In this document: positions 1-8,486 of the stretch, one piece after another
Position numbering within the stretch: position 1 is the stretch's first letter
Layout: the number at the start of each line of letters is the position of its first letter
DNA from: Promethearchaeum syntrophicum
Lineage (GTDB): Archaea > Asgardarchaeota > Lokiarchaeia > Sigyniarchaeales > Promethearchaeaceae
DNA length: 32,000 nucleotides
Assembly: GCF_008000775.2 (NCBI RefSeq)
Contig: NZ_CP042905.2
Location: 1,170,001-1,202,000, forward strand
Direction of reading: 5' to 3'
Notes under the pieces: model-generated
Database searches by the model: none
Seen by the model: the letters and a program-made list of their open reading frames with translations, nothing else
Told to the model about the DNA's origin: nothing
Made by a program: the position numbers and the translations under genes

Positions 1-1520
1 TCTTGTTCTTTCTCCAGAACATTATTGAATTGGTGAAAAATTGAGATTATTAGACCCTTTAATGAAAATTTTGCACGATTTAAAATAACTGTATAATCAT
101 CATCCCACTTATCTTTAATTGAAGTAATATTGACTCCTTTTTTCCTAAATCGATTGAAAGTATTATCTATATCATTTTTCATACTTGATATTTTCTCTTG
201 AAAATCATCTATTATCCCCTTTAATTCATCTATCTTAGGTATACTCTCTGGAATATAAGGAGCAGTAATTTTTTGATAATCTTTTAGAAGTATTTCCATA
301 TTAGTTATATTCTCCCGAGATAATCTCTCTAATTTTATCTTATCGCTATCGACTTGGATCGAGTTGGAATATTGTTCAAATTCTTCCAATTGCCTACTAA
401 TTTCGCCTCTAAGTTGTTTTAGCATCTGGTACGATTTTTTAAGAACATCTGGCCAAGGATTCATTAAATTAGAAATATTTTTTAATCTTAGTTCTATTTG
501 ATCGATAATTTCAAACAGTATTTTTCCATGTTCTTGGAGAATTTGATTAGCAGTATGAAAATCTCCATGATATTCGCTAGTAATTTCTTCTTGTTTTCGA
601 TTTAGCAAATCTAACATAGTACGTGGAATTTCTTTAAGTGGATTGACATCATCATCTCCAGAATACCCGATTTCATATTCTTTTGCTGCTTGTGACATCA
701 ATTGGTTTATAATATCATGGGAAAATAACTCAAGTTGTCTTTTTATTTGATTTTTCTTAACTTTTTCCATTTTTGAGTACAAATTTTCTGTTTTTAAAAC
801 CTTAAGTTCAAAAAGTAGGAAAAAAAGTTCTAATCTAAATGGTTTATCTTTAATACTTGGTTGGTTTATTAAATCTGACATGGTAAAGATCTCAGAAAGA
901 ACAAATTTTGATGATTTTAAGTTTCTAATTAAATAATCTACTTCTTTAAAATTCTTTAACCAAGGATATTTCTCAAAATTCAGGAAAAATTTAGATTCCT
1001 TAAGAAAAGCAAAAGAATACCAAATTTGAGGCTTATTCTCATAGGGGAGCTTGGGAGCTATGGAAAATTGCTTCGAATTTTTATCGTAATCACTGAGTTG
1101 AATCCATTTACTTAATAAAATTGTAAGATTTTTCTGACATCGATCATTCAATTGTTGAAGTTCTTTTATTGTTCTAGAAAAGATTGTATTTTCTTTATAA
1201 ATTAATCTTATCGAGCGTAATTTAGGAAGTAGCAAAGAAATCGAATTTTCTATAGTTGAAATCTCTGAGAATATAAGTTCAGGGATCGAGGTATAATCAT
1301 TAGAATTTAGATTTGTTAATAATAAATTAATACTCTGTAAATATTTAAAAATACGATTAGTAAAATTAGGTTTTATTTCACGTTCGATTTTTTTTAATTG
1401 TGATAGTGATGCTATCCTTTTATTTCCTTTATCATCAATTATTCTGGCTAAAATTTCATTTAATGTACTGAAAATTTTCCAATTATTGTTAATAATGTAA
1501 AATAACTGGTTATTGTTCAT
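1..1520 (-). CDS. Partial large helical/coiled-coil hypothetical protein (C-terminus beyond window start)
   Basis: Reverse-strand translation from the ATG at 1520 (MNNNQLFYIINNNWKIFSTLNEILARIIDDKGNKRIASLSQLKKIEREI...) stays open with no stop to base 1, about 506 codons. Composition is Glu/Lys/Leu/Ile-rich and predicted helical. Not in the supplied ORF track because it has no stop inside the window. Confidence 0.85.
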   Translation of the reverse strand, partial: MNNNQLFYIINNNWKIFSTLNEILARIIDDKGNKRIASLSQLKKIEREIKPNFTNRIFKYLQSINLLLTNLNSNDYTSIPELIFSEISTIENSISLLLPKLRSIRLIYKENTIFSRTIKELQQLNDRCQKNLTILLSKWIQLSDYDKNSKQFSIAPKLPYENKPQIWYSFAFLKESKFFLNFEKYPWLKNFKEVDYLIRNLKSSKFVLSEIFTMSDLINQPSIKDKPFRLELFFLLFELKVLKTENLYSKMEKVKKNQIKRQLELFSHDIINQLMSQAAKEYEIGYSGDDDVNPLKEIPRTMLDLLNRKQEEITSEYHGDFHTANQILQEHGKILFEIIDQIELRLKNISNLMNPWPDVLKKSYQMLKQLRGEISRQLEEFEQYSNSIQVDSDKIKLERLSRENITNMEILLKDYQKITAPYIPESIPKIDELKGIIDDFQEKISSMKNDIDNTFNRFRKKGVNITSIKDKWDDDYTVILNRAKFSLKGLIISIFHQFNNVLEKEQ

Positions 1521-1590
1521 TTATTTCTCAAATTTTTAAAATATTACATCATCAAAAACTTTTTGGATAATCAAAATGTTAATCTTTTGA

Positions 1591-2646
1591 ATGAATCAGA
1601 AAATTTGCAAAGAAAAAAGAGAAACAAAACTGTCTTCTCAATATATCGCGCAATATAAAAATTCTTCTCGAGGATTAATTTTTGCTTTAATTGTTTTAAT
1701 AGGGAATGGTTTACATCCGATTATTAATAATTTACGGCCAGAAGAATTTATTTCTACAATATTTGTACTGCAAATGTCATTATGGGAATTTTTCTGTGCT
1801 TTTATCGTTCTTTTACTCCAAAAAAGAAACAAGAAAGAAAAATCAAAAAGTCCAATTTCTAAAAATTCAAGTCAAATATGCTTTTCAAAAAAAAATATAA
1901 TATTTAGAATGCTGATTGTTGGTTTACTTTTTTCGATCGCTACTTATGGGTACGTTGAAGGATTAAAAGAAGCTGGTTCAATTTCTGGATCTATAGCATT
2001 AAAAATATCACCAATATATGCAATTATTATTGGGTTCCTGTTTCTAGGTGAAAGATTGAATGGTAAACCGATTCTTATTACAATCTTTATGCTTCTTGGA
2101 ATTTATTATTTAGGTACCAATGGGACTTTCCTAATTGATCAATTCTCAATCGGTTTTGCAATATTGTTGGTAGTTCCTTTCTTGTGGACAATTGCACATG
2201 CATTAACAAAACCTCTACTAGAAAACAAGATTTTAGTTCCAAATCAAGTTATTTTCATACGTACCGGTATCATTTCTTTTTCTTTCCTAATTATCAATCT
2301 ATTTATATATGATTGGAGTGAATTACTACTTTCATTTATTAATCCAAGTTTCCTCCTTTTCTCATTTCTAATGGGATTTACTTATTTTTTTATGCATTAT
2401 TCATGGTATTCTTCTATTATTATTATTGATTTATCTTTTGCAAGCGCGTTAGTGACCCCAAGTCCTGCTATTACTACTTTAATTGCCTTATTATTAGAAA
2501 TGGAGGATTTCCATTATTATCAACTAATCGGAATGATTTGGGCTTTTATTGGTTTGTATGGCTTAATAATTGTCAATAAGAATCCTAAAAAGAAAGAAAA
2601 AGAAAAGAAAGAAAAAAATGAAATAAAAGTAAATAACTTAATCTAG
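1591..2646 (+). CDS. EamA/DMT-family transporter
   Basis: 351 aa ORF with about 10 hydrophobic segments. Internal duplication typical of DMT permeases, including 'GSISGSIALKISPIYAIIIGFLFLGERLNG' and 'LASALVTPSPAITTLIALLLEMEDFHYYQLIGMIWAFIGLYGLI'-like C-terminal half. Confidence 0.8.
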   Translation: MNQKICKEKRETKLSSQYIAQYKNSSRGLIFALIVLIGNGLHPIINNLRPEEFISTIFVLQMSLWEFFCAFIVLLLQKRNKKEKSKSPISKNSSQICFSKKNIIFRMLIVGLLFSIATYGYVEGLKEAGSISGSIALKISPIYAIIIGFLFLGERLNGKPILITIFMLLGIYYLGTNGTFLIDQFSIGFAILLVVPFLWTIAHALTKPLLENKILVPNQVIFIRTGIISFSFLIINLFIYDWSELLLSFINPSFLLFSFLMGFTYFFMHYSWYSSIIIIDLSFASALVTPSPAITTLIALLLEMEDFHYYQLIGMIWAFIGLYGLIIVNKNPKKKEKEKKEKNEIKVNNLI

Positions 2647-3042
2647 TTCAATTTCAAAATCTGCTTTATAAGGATCTATCTCATAAATTTGGAGAACCTT
2701 TACAATGAAATCAGTCAATTCTGGAATTTTCTGTTCAGAAAAATCAAATTCTTTCGAAAAATTACTTGATCTTGGTTCTTCTTCAAATCCCATTTCTTCT
2801 AATTTATCAATTTTTTCGTCAGATAATTTCTCCCTTTCTTCAAGAAGATGAGCATTTGACACTGCATCTAAATAAACTTTTGGGGCTTTTCTCCCCCCAA
2901 ATACTTGAATATAGTATGGATCTTTGTAAATTCCAAAGAAATTATTATCTCCGCCATCGTTATATATGGAGCTAAGATATTTCGAAATTTTTTTCATTGA
3001 TTTAATCATAAATTCTAGGTTTAATATTATTTCTAATTTCAA
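2638..3042 (-). CDS. Hypothetical protein (134 aa, acidic C-terminal part)
   Basis: Complete ATG-to-stop ORF with plausible codon usage and no recognised family. Convergent, with a 9 bp 3' overlap with the upstream DMT gene. Confidence 0.65.
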   Translation of the reverse strand: MKLEIILNLEFMIKSMKKISKYLSSIYNDGGDNNFFGIYKDPYYIQVFGGRKAPKVYLDAVSNAHLLEEREKLSDEKIDKLEEMGFEEEPRSSNFSKEFDFSEQKIPELTDFIVKVLQIYEIDPYKADFEIELD

Positions 3043-3133
3043 TGAAGTATCAAGGAAATGAGTTTTATTCTTTATTTCCTAGATTTTACTAAGGTTAATT
3101 TTTTATATTGGATATTCATTTAAAAATTCACTA

Positions 3134-3670
3134 ATGCCCTTTTCTCCTTTTCACTTCGGACATGCATTACCTTTTTGTTTTTTAGATTATAAAAATAAGC
3201 GAATCGATATTATTTCATGTTTAATTGGGAGTATAATTGTAGATATTCATGCTATCATTATTTTTTTCTTCAACCTCAACCAACCCTTACATGGTCCTGT
3301 GCATTCCTTTCTCATCGCAACGATTCTTGGAGTAATAACTGGGATTTTTGTTCATATAACTCAGAATTTCTGGAATAAAATTACTCGAATTTTTAAATGG
3401 GAGCAAAAAACGAGCCTAATCAGTAAAATTTTTTGGGCAATTTTGATGAGTTATCTCCATATATTTTTAGATGCTTTTTTATACCCGGAAATGAATTTTT
3501 GGTGGCCTTTTCTAAATGGAAATCCATTTTATGGCATTCTAAGCTCTCCAACTGTTTATTCAATTTGTACTATTGGAATTTTTCTAGGGATTTTTGAGTA
3601 TTTAATTTATTTAATTTATTATTTCAAAAAAATAGAAAATCAAAGAAATTCTTATATAAATCCTTTATGA
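3134..3670 (+). CDS. Small integral membrane protein resembling archaeal membrane-bound metal-dependent hydrolase (DUF457/YdjM-like or DUF4184-like)
   Basis: N-terminal 'MPFSPFHFGHALPF' and 'QPLHGPVHSFLIATILG' with several hydrophobic helices. The His-rich pattern resembles archaeal 'MPFTPFH...LHGPLHTF' proteins. Confidence 0.6.
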   Translation: MPFSPFHFGHALPFCFLDYKNKRIDIISCLIGSIIVDIHAIIIFFFNLNQPLHGPVHSFLIATILGVITGIFVHITQNFWNKITRIFKWEQKTSLISKIFWAILMSYLHIFLDAFLYPEMNFWWPFLNGNPFYGILSSPTVYSICTIGIFLGIFEYLIYLIYYFKKIENQRNSYINPL

Positions 3671-3791
3671 ATAACTATTCATATTATATTCTTGATCTAG
3701 AAGATTTGATAAGAAAAATGAAGGCAATGGTAATTTAACTTAAAAGCAACATTTTTTAACCTTTGAAATATTAATTATAATAGACATCATT

Positions 3792-3805
3792 TTAGACATG
3801 TCTAA
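3792..3805. promoter_or_regulatory. Perfect 14-bp palindrome TTAGACATGTCTAA, candidate metalloregulator (DtxR/MntR-type) operator for feoAB
   Basis: Direct reading: TTAGACA|TGTCTAA is its own reverse complement. It lies 11 bp upstream of the feoA start and about 15-25 bp downstream of an A/T-rich TATA-like stretch (atattaattataat, about 3767-3780). A further TAGACAT half-site sits at 3781-3787. Confidence 0.55.
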
Positions 3806-3816
3806 CAACAAGTGAT

Positions 3817-4092
3817 TTGAAATTGGTAGAAAGCAAAAATAATCTAAGAAATTTGTCTGAGATTCCAATAAATAATATTCCACTTGATACGATCGTTACC
3901 GTATCTCATATAAGAGCGGGATTAAAAGCTACTCAGCGTTTATCGGGTATGGGTATCACACCTGGAGTCCAAATTAAGGTTATTAGTCAAGCTCCGTTTC
4001 GAGGTCCAATTCAAATTATCGTACGTGGAACTAGATTAGCTATTGGAGCAGGATTGGCAATGAAAATCTTTGTATACAATAATTTCCACTAA
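3817..4092 (+). CDS. feoA: Ferrous iron transport protein A (FeoA, SH3-like)
   Basis: 91 aa, TTG start. 'SHIRAGLKATQRLSGMGITPGVQIKVISQAPFRGPIQIIVRGTRLAIGAGLAMKIFV' matches the FeoA core, and it directly precedes feoB. Confidence 0.9.
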   Translation: MKLVESKNNLRNLSEIPINNIPLDTIVTVSHIRAGLKATQRLSGMGITPGVQIKVISQAPFRGPIQIIVRGTRLAIGAGLAMKIFVYNNFH

Positions 4093-4121
4093 TATAATTG
4101 CTTCTGAATTGGTGTTTTTAA

Positions 4122-6350
4122 ATGAGTAAATCTCGTTCCGAAGATAAAGTAATCCACATTGCTTTAGCAGGAAATCCGAATGTTGGCAAATCGGTAATTT
4201 TTAATCAACTTACAGGTATGAGTCAAATTGTTGGAAATTGGCCAGGAAAAACTGTAAAAAAAGCGGAGGGCAAATGTAAATTTAAAAACTACATTTTTAA
4301 AATCGTTGACCTTCCTGGAATATATTCCTTATCCACCTATTCAATTGAAGAGATAATTAGTCGAGAATATATTGTTGAAGAAAAACCGGATTATATAATT
4401 AATGTAATCGATTGCAACCAATTGGAACGTAACTTATTTTTTACAACTCAATTACAAATGCTAAATAGACCAATGATCCTTGCATTAAATCAATATGATC
4501 TCCTTCTCCAGCGTGGATTTGATATTGATGAATCGAAAATTGAAGAAATGCTTGGGATTAAAGCTCAAAAGGTTGTAGCTGTTCATAATCGTGGAGTTCA
4601 TGAACTATTAGAAAAAATTATCGAGATTGAAGAAGACAAACATCCTTATAATTCAAATTCAATAATATTTGGAAAAGAAATTGAAAATGAATTGCAAAGA
4701 TTAAGCACGGAATTAAAATTCAATGAAATTATTAAAGATGAAAGATACTCCTTGCAATTTTCCGCATTTAAAATTTTAGAAAATGATGATCATATAAAAA
4801 AACATTTGATTGATAACAATAATGATCAACTTGATCATTTCCTTTATATCGTTGAAGAAAAAAGAAAAAATCTAGAAATTTTTCATGGTGAAACAATATC
4901 AACAATACTCAATTCTGAAATTTATAATATTGCTCATAAGATCTACGAAGAATCTATTGTACTTAAGAAAGTTGATCGTAGTTTTAAAGTTCGTAATTTT
5001 TTTGATCATCTTACCATTCATTCCATATTTGGTTATTTAATATTGGCTGTAGTTTTATTAGGAACTTATTTATTGATCTTTCAATTTGGAAATTTTGTTT
5101 CAGGTTTAATGGATAATGTTTTTTTGAAATTTACTCCCAATGCAGAACAAATATTGGGAGGAGCAGAAAACTGGATTTTTAAATTAATATGGAATGGATT
5201 TGTTGGGGGATTATTAGCAGGAATTGGGGGTGTATTGCCATTTGTGATTCCGTTTTATTTTTTTATTGAAATATTGCAAGATATCGGATATTTACCCAGA
5301 GCTGCATATTTAATGGATAGATTTATGCATCGTATTGGAGTACATGGTAAAACTATAATTCCTGTTCTTCTAGGTTTTGGGTGTAGTGTTCCAGCTGTAT
5401 CTGCTTGTGCTATTATGGAAACTGAGAATCAAAGGAAAAGTTCTATCGTTATAAGCACAATGATTCCATGTTCCGCTATAACAACTATTGTATTAGGATT
5501 GGTTGCAAAATATCTTGGATTAGGGATCACAGCAATTCTTTATTTAATACTACTTGCTGTAATTATTTCTATTGGAAAAATTTTAACCCTGTTTAGCGAT
5601 GTAGACGAATCTGAATTAATTATTGAATTACATGATTTTAGAGTTCCAAATTTCAAAGTGATAATGAAGCAAACGTGGTTTAGAAGTAAAGAATTTGTTT
5701 TTATTGCTCTTCCGTTAATGGTTATTTTGGGTGTATTAATGCAGATATTTGTTGAATTCAATCTTCTTGAGTGGATGAATGTATTACTTTCTCCCGTTAC
5801 TGTTCGTTTTCTTGGATTACCAATTGGAATTGGAGTCTATTTGATATATGGTATTCTTCGAAAAGAATTAAATTTAATATTATTGCAACTATTTGTTGCA
5901 TCTTTGGGTCTTTCTATGGTAGATTATTTAAGCCCAATCCAAATGATAATTTTTACTCTAATGACGCTACTTTATATACCTTGCTTAGCTACGTTCATTA
6001 CAATTCGAAAAGAGGCGGGAAGAAAATTTGCTTCCCATGTTTTACTTTTTAGAATTTCTATTGCAGTAATAATTTCAGGATCGGTCTATTGGATTTTTCA
6101 ATTGGTGAGTTCTCTTAATCCAAGTTGGATGTTTGGTTATCAGATCGCCACTACCGTTCTTATTTTCTTTATATTTTTATATTTCGTTGTCTTTTTAATT
6201 GGAAAATTAATTAAACACCGTCGAAAAGGAAAAAAGAGAAGGTATCATCGTTTTAAAGAGTTCTCTGAAATAAACCGTTGCGAAAACTGTTCAAAATTTA
6301 ATAAATGTGCAATTGAAAAAAATAATAAATGTGAAGATTATGAAGGGTAA
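4122..6350 (+). CDS. feoB: Ferrous iron transport protein B (FeoB), GTPase plus permease, with Cys-rich C-terminal tail
   Basis: 742 aa. G1 'GNPNVGKS', 'GNWPGKTVKKAEG', G3 'DLPGIYSL', Gate motifs 'PVLLGFGCSVPAVSACAIME' and 'IPCLATFITIRKEAG'. GGTG motif 8-11 nt upstream of the ATG. Confidence 0.97.
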   Translation: MSKSRSEDKVIHIALAGNPNVGKSVIFNQLTGMSQIVGNWPGKTVKKAEGKCKFKNYIFKIVDLPGIYSLSTYSIEEIISREYIVEEKPDYIINVIDCNQLERNLFFTTQLQMLNRPMILALNQYDLLLQRGFDIDESKIEEMLGIKAQKVVAVHNRGVHELLEKIIEIEEDKHPYNSNSIIFGKEIENELQRLSTELKFNEIIKDERYSLQFSAFKILENDDHIKKHLIDNNNDQLDHFLYIVEEKRKNLEIFHGETISTILNSEIYNIAHKIYEESIVLKKVDRSFKVRNFFDHLTIHSIFGYLILAVVLLGTYLLIFQFGNFVSGLMDNVFLKFTPNAEQILGGAENWIFKLIWNGFVGGLLAGIGGVLPFVIPFYFFIEILQDIGYLPRAAYLMDRFMHRIGVHGKTIIPVLLGFGCSVPAVSACAIMETENQRKSSIVISTMIPCSAITTIVLGLVAKYLGLGITAILYLILLAVIISIGKILTLFSDVDESELIIELHDFRVPNFKVIMKQTWFRSKEFVFIALPLMVILGVLMQIFVEFNLLEWMNVLLSPVTVRFLGLPIGIGVYLIYGILRKELNLILLQLFVASLGLSMVDYLSPIQMIIFTLMTLLYIPCLATFITIRKEAGRKFASHVLLFRISIAVIISGSVYWIFQLVSSLNPSWMFGYQIATTVLIFFIFLYFVVFLIGKLIKHRRKGKKRRYHRFKEFSEINRCENCSKFNKCAIEKNNKCEDYEG

Positions 6351-6359
6351 ATTGAATTT

Positions 6360-6602
6360 TTAAGAATTATCTTTCTTCTCAATTTTTTTCATTTTTTTCA
6401 TAATTTTCTGTTCCCGTTTCAATAGATCTTTTTTTTCTGCATGTAAATGTTTTATTTGTTGGTCCAAATCTCCCGTATCTTTATGACCGTATTTACTTTC
6501 TGTTCGTTTTCTTTTTTCCAAAGCATGCAATTTATTATCGATTTGCTTGACTTTTTTCTTGTCTTTCTCATATTCTAATTTTAATCTATCTAATGATTGC
6601 AT
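6360..6602 (-). CDS. Small basic coiled-coil hypothetical protein (80 aa)
   Basis: Complete ORF convergent with feoB. Highly charged heptad-like sequence (LEYEKDKKKVKQIDNKLHALEKRK...IKHLHAEKKDLLKREQKIMKKMKK). Confidence 0.55.
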   Translation of the reverse strand: MQSLDRLKLEYEKDKKKVKQIDNKLHALEKRKRTESKYGHKDTGDLDQQIKHLHAEKKDLLKREQKIMKKMKKIEKKDNS

Positions 6603-6759
6603 CGAATTTATTCATCTTCTAGAACTTTTGTAATAGTAATTCTTCCTAATATTTAAAAATTTGAAATTTGAAAACATATAAATGATCGTTCCACATAAGT
6701 AACGCTTGTTCCATTTTTATTTTTTGTTTTAGGAATTTAAAATTATTGGGTGAAAAATA

Positions 6760-6969
6760 ATGGCAGAATCAGTATATAAAATGATAGAATTAGTTGGAAC
6801 ATCGGAAAAAAGCTGGGAAGATGCAGTTAATAATATAGTACTTAAAGCTGCTGAAAATCTTCGAGATATCCGCATTGCCGAAGTATTAACTTTAGATGTT
6901 AAAATTGATAATAATAAAATTGCCCTCTATAGGGCTAAAGTGAAACTATCTTTCAAATTTGAGAAGTAA
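6760..6969 (+). CDS. Dodecin (flavin-binding small protein)
   Basis: 69 aa 'MAESVYKMIELVGTSEKSWEDAVNNIVLKAAENLRDIRIAEVLTLDVKIDNNKIALYRAKVKLSFKFE' matches the dodecin family pattern (VYKxIELVGTSxxSWExAxxxAVxxA...). SD-like GGGTGA at 6748-6753. Confidence 0.93.
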   Translation: MAESVYKMIELVGTSEKSWEDAVNNIVLKAAENLRDIRIAEVLTLDVKIDNNKIALYRAKVKLSFKFEK

Positions 6970-7018
6970 TAAAAGAATCGGGAAGTATTTTTCGATTATT
7001 TTTTTCTTTATTTAAATT

Positions 7019-7828
7019 TTATATTTGCTCGAGGTGTTTTTTAAAAAATTCTGCAATATCAGATCCAATTTGCTTTCCAGAGACATCTAGAGGCATACAA
7101 TGGCTTGATTTATCATACCAGTTGATTGTAATAGAACCTTTAGCTTTCTTTTGAATTAACTCTGGAGCGGACGGATCAATTAATATATCATTATGAGAAT
7201 GGCATACAAGAGTTGGACATTTAATTTTGAATAGATTTTTTCGAGTATAGTTAGCTAATTTTACCAATTGCTTGGTGTCTTTCATATTTCTAAAAGCATA
7301 TACTTCGTTGAATATTTCTTCGTTTTCTAAATCTACTCGTATATTAATATTTAACCATCCAAAGAGAAAAGTAATAATCCCCGCAATTTTTGGTAATATA
7401 ATTGCTGGTGATGTAACGGCACACGCTTCCACCAAATTTTCAGAAGCCATTACCAGACTAATTGCTCCACCCATGGATTGACCATAAATAAAAACGTGAT
7501 CATAGATTTCACGAGCTTTTCTAATTTCCTTTCTAATTGCATTTAACCAATCTTCCATTTTTACCTTTCCCATGGCTTTTTGGGCTTGATTTATATCTTT
7601 TATTCCATGAGCAGGTAGGACCATCCCAACAACATCTAATCCTTCATTAAATATTTGTTCTGCAATTGGTCTGGATTCATAGGTAGTAGCCCCATGACCA
7701 TGAACACAAATTACTATAGTTTTTTTAAGTTCATTTGATTTATGCTTTAACCAGAAAGGTACTGCATTTGGAAATAGGATCTCATTTGGAATTGTCTCTT
7801 TTGGGGAAAATCCTGAATAATATCTCAT
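7019..7828 (-). CDS. Alpha/beta hydrolase (lysophospholipase/carboxylesterase-like)
   Basis: 'VCVHGHGATTYES', nucleophile elbow 'GQSMGG', acid region 'CPTLVCHSHNDILIDP', and C-terminal His in 'YDKSSHCMPLD'. Confidence 0.88.
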   Translation of the reverse strand: MRYYSGFSPKETIPNEILFPNAVPFWLKHKSNELKKTIVICVHGHGATTYESRPIAEQIFNEGLDVVGMVLPAHGIKDINQAQKAMGKVKMEDWLNAIRKEIRKAREIYDHVFIYGQSMGGAISLVMASENLVEACAVTSPAIILPKIAGIITFLFGWLNINIRVDLENEEIFNEVYAFRNMKDTKQLVKLANYTRKNLFKIKCPTLVCHSHNDILIDPSAPELIQKKAKGSITINWYDKSSHCMPLDVSGKQIGSDIAEFFKKHLEQI

Positions 7829-7907
7829 TTTTTATGTAAATTCTCGAAATATTATATACTTAATCAATCATAGAAAAATTTTTATTATAGAATTAAGTCA
7901 AATAATT

Positions 7908-8441
7908 ATGACTCGGTATTTTGAATATGCTTGCCAACGATGTGGCAATGGAACTGCTCATCAATTATTCGTTTTACAATGTCAAAATTGTGGTAAATCT
8001 CTTTGTAAAAAATGTGCTAAAGGGTCTTTATGTTTAGATTGTTACAATGCTCTACCTGATGATTTGCAAAAGAATTATAATCGACAGCTAAAAACTCCAA
8101 TAATAATTATAAGTGTTATATTATTGGCAATTTTCATACCATTGGGCATTATTATTCCAGAATTATTAATATTCTGTGCAATTCTCGGTGGTGCGGCATG
8201 GTTAATGGATCATGGAAGATTGAAAACCACTCCCAGAAGTGCAGTAAGAAAAGCAAAGGTAATTGTAGCTGATGCCCGTCAACGATTTCAAAACATAGGT
8301 CCCACTCATCAGAATTACCAACAACAACAACAGCAGCAACAACAATACCAAAATCAGCAGCAACCGCAAAAAAATAATCAACAAAAAACTTATCAAAAAG
8401 ATCCTGATGACAAATACGGAGGAACTTTCTGGGATCAATGA
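7908..8441 (+). CDS. Zinc-ribbon/B-box-like, transmembrane protein with Gln-rich tail
   Basis: 'CQRCGNGTAHQLFVLQCQNCGKSLCKKCAKGSLCLDC' (paired CxxC), two adjacent hydrophobic helices, then polyQ/N tail. Confidence 0.75.
   Translation: MTRYFEYACQRCGNGTAHQLFVLQCQNCGKSLCKKCAKGSLCLDCYNALPDDLQKNYNRQLKTPIIIISVILLAIFIPLGIIIPELLIFCAILGGAAWLMDHGRLKTTPRSAVRKAKVIVADARQRFQNIGPTHQNYQQQQQQQQQYQNQQQPQKNNQQKTYQKDPDDKYGGTFWDQ
8319..8403 (+). repeat. CAA/CAG low-complexity tract encoding polyglutamine-rich tail
   Basis: Run of caa/cag codons giving QQQQQQQQQYQNQQQPQKNNQQ. Confidence 0.9.
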
Positions 8442-8486
8442 TATTTCTCTTTTTTCCTTTTCGTTATTATATATTAAATTTATCAT

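Noticed and set aside
5540-6052. ORFs 5540..5761 (-) and 5771..6052 (+) within feoB
   Set aside because: Out-of-frame/antisense readings in the feoB permease region.
8202-8486. 94 aa minus-strand ORF with a run of leucines
   Set aside because: The polyL run is the antisense of the CAA/CAG polyQ tract in the 7908-8441 gene, not a real transmembrane protein.
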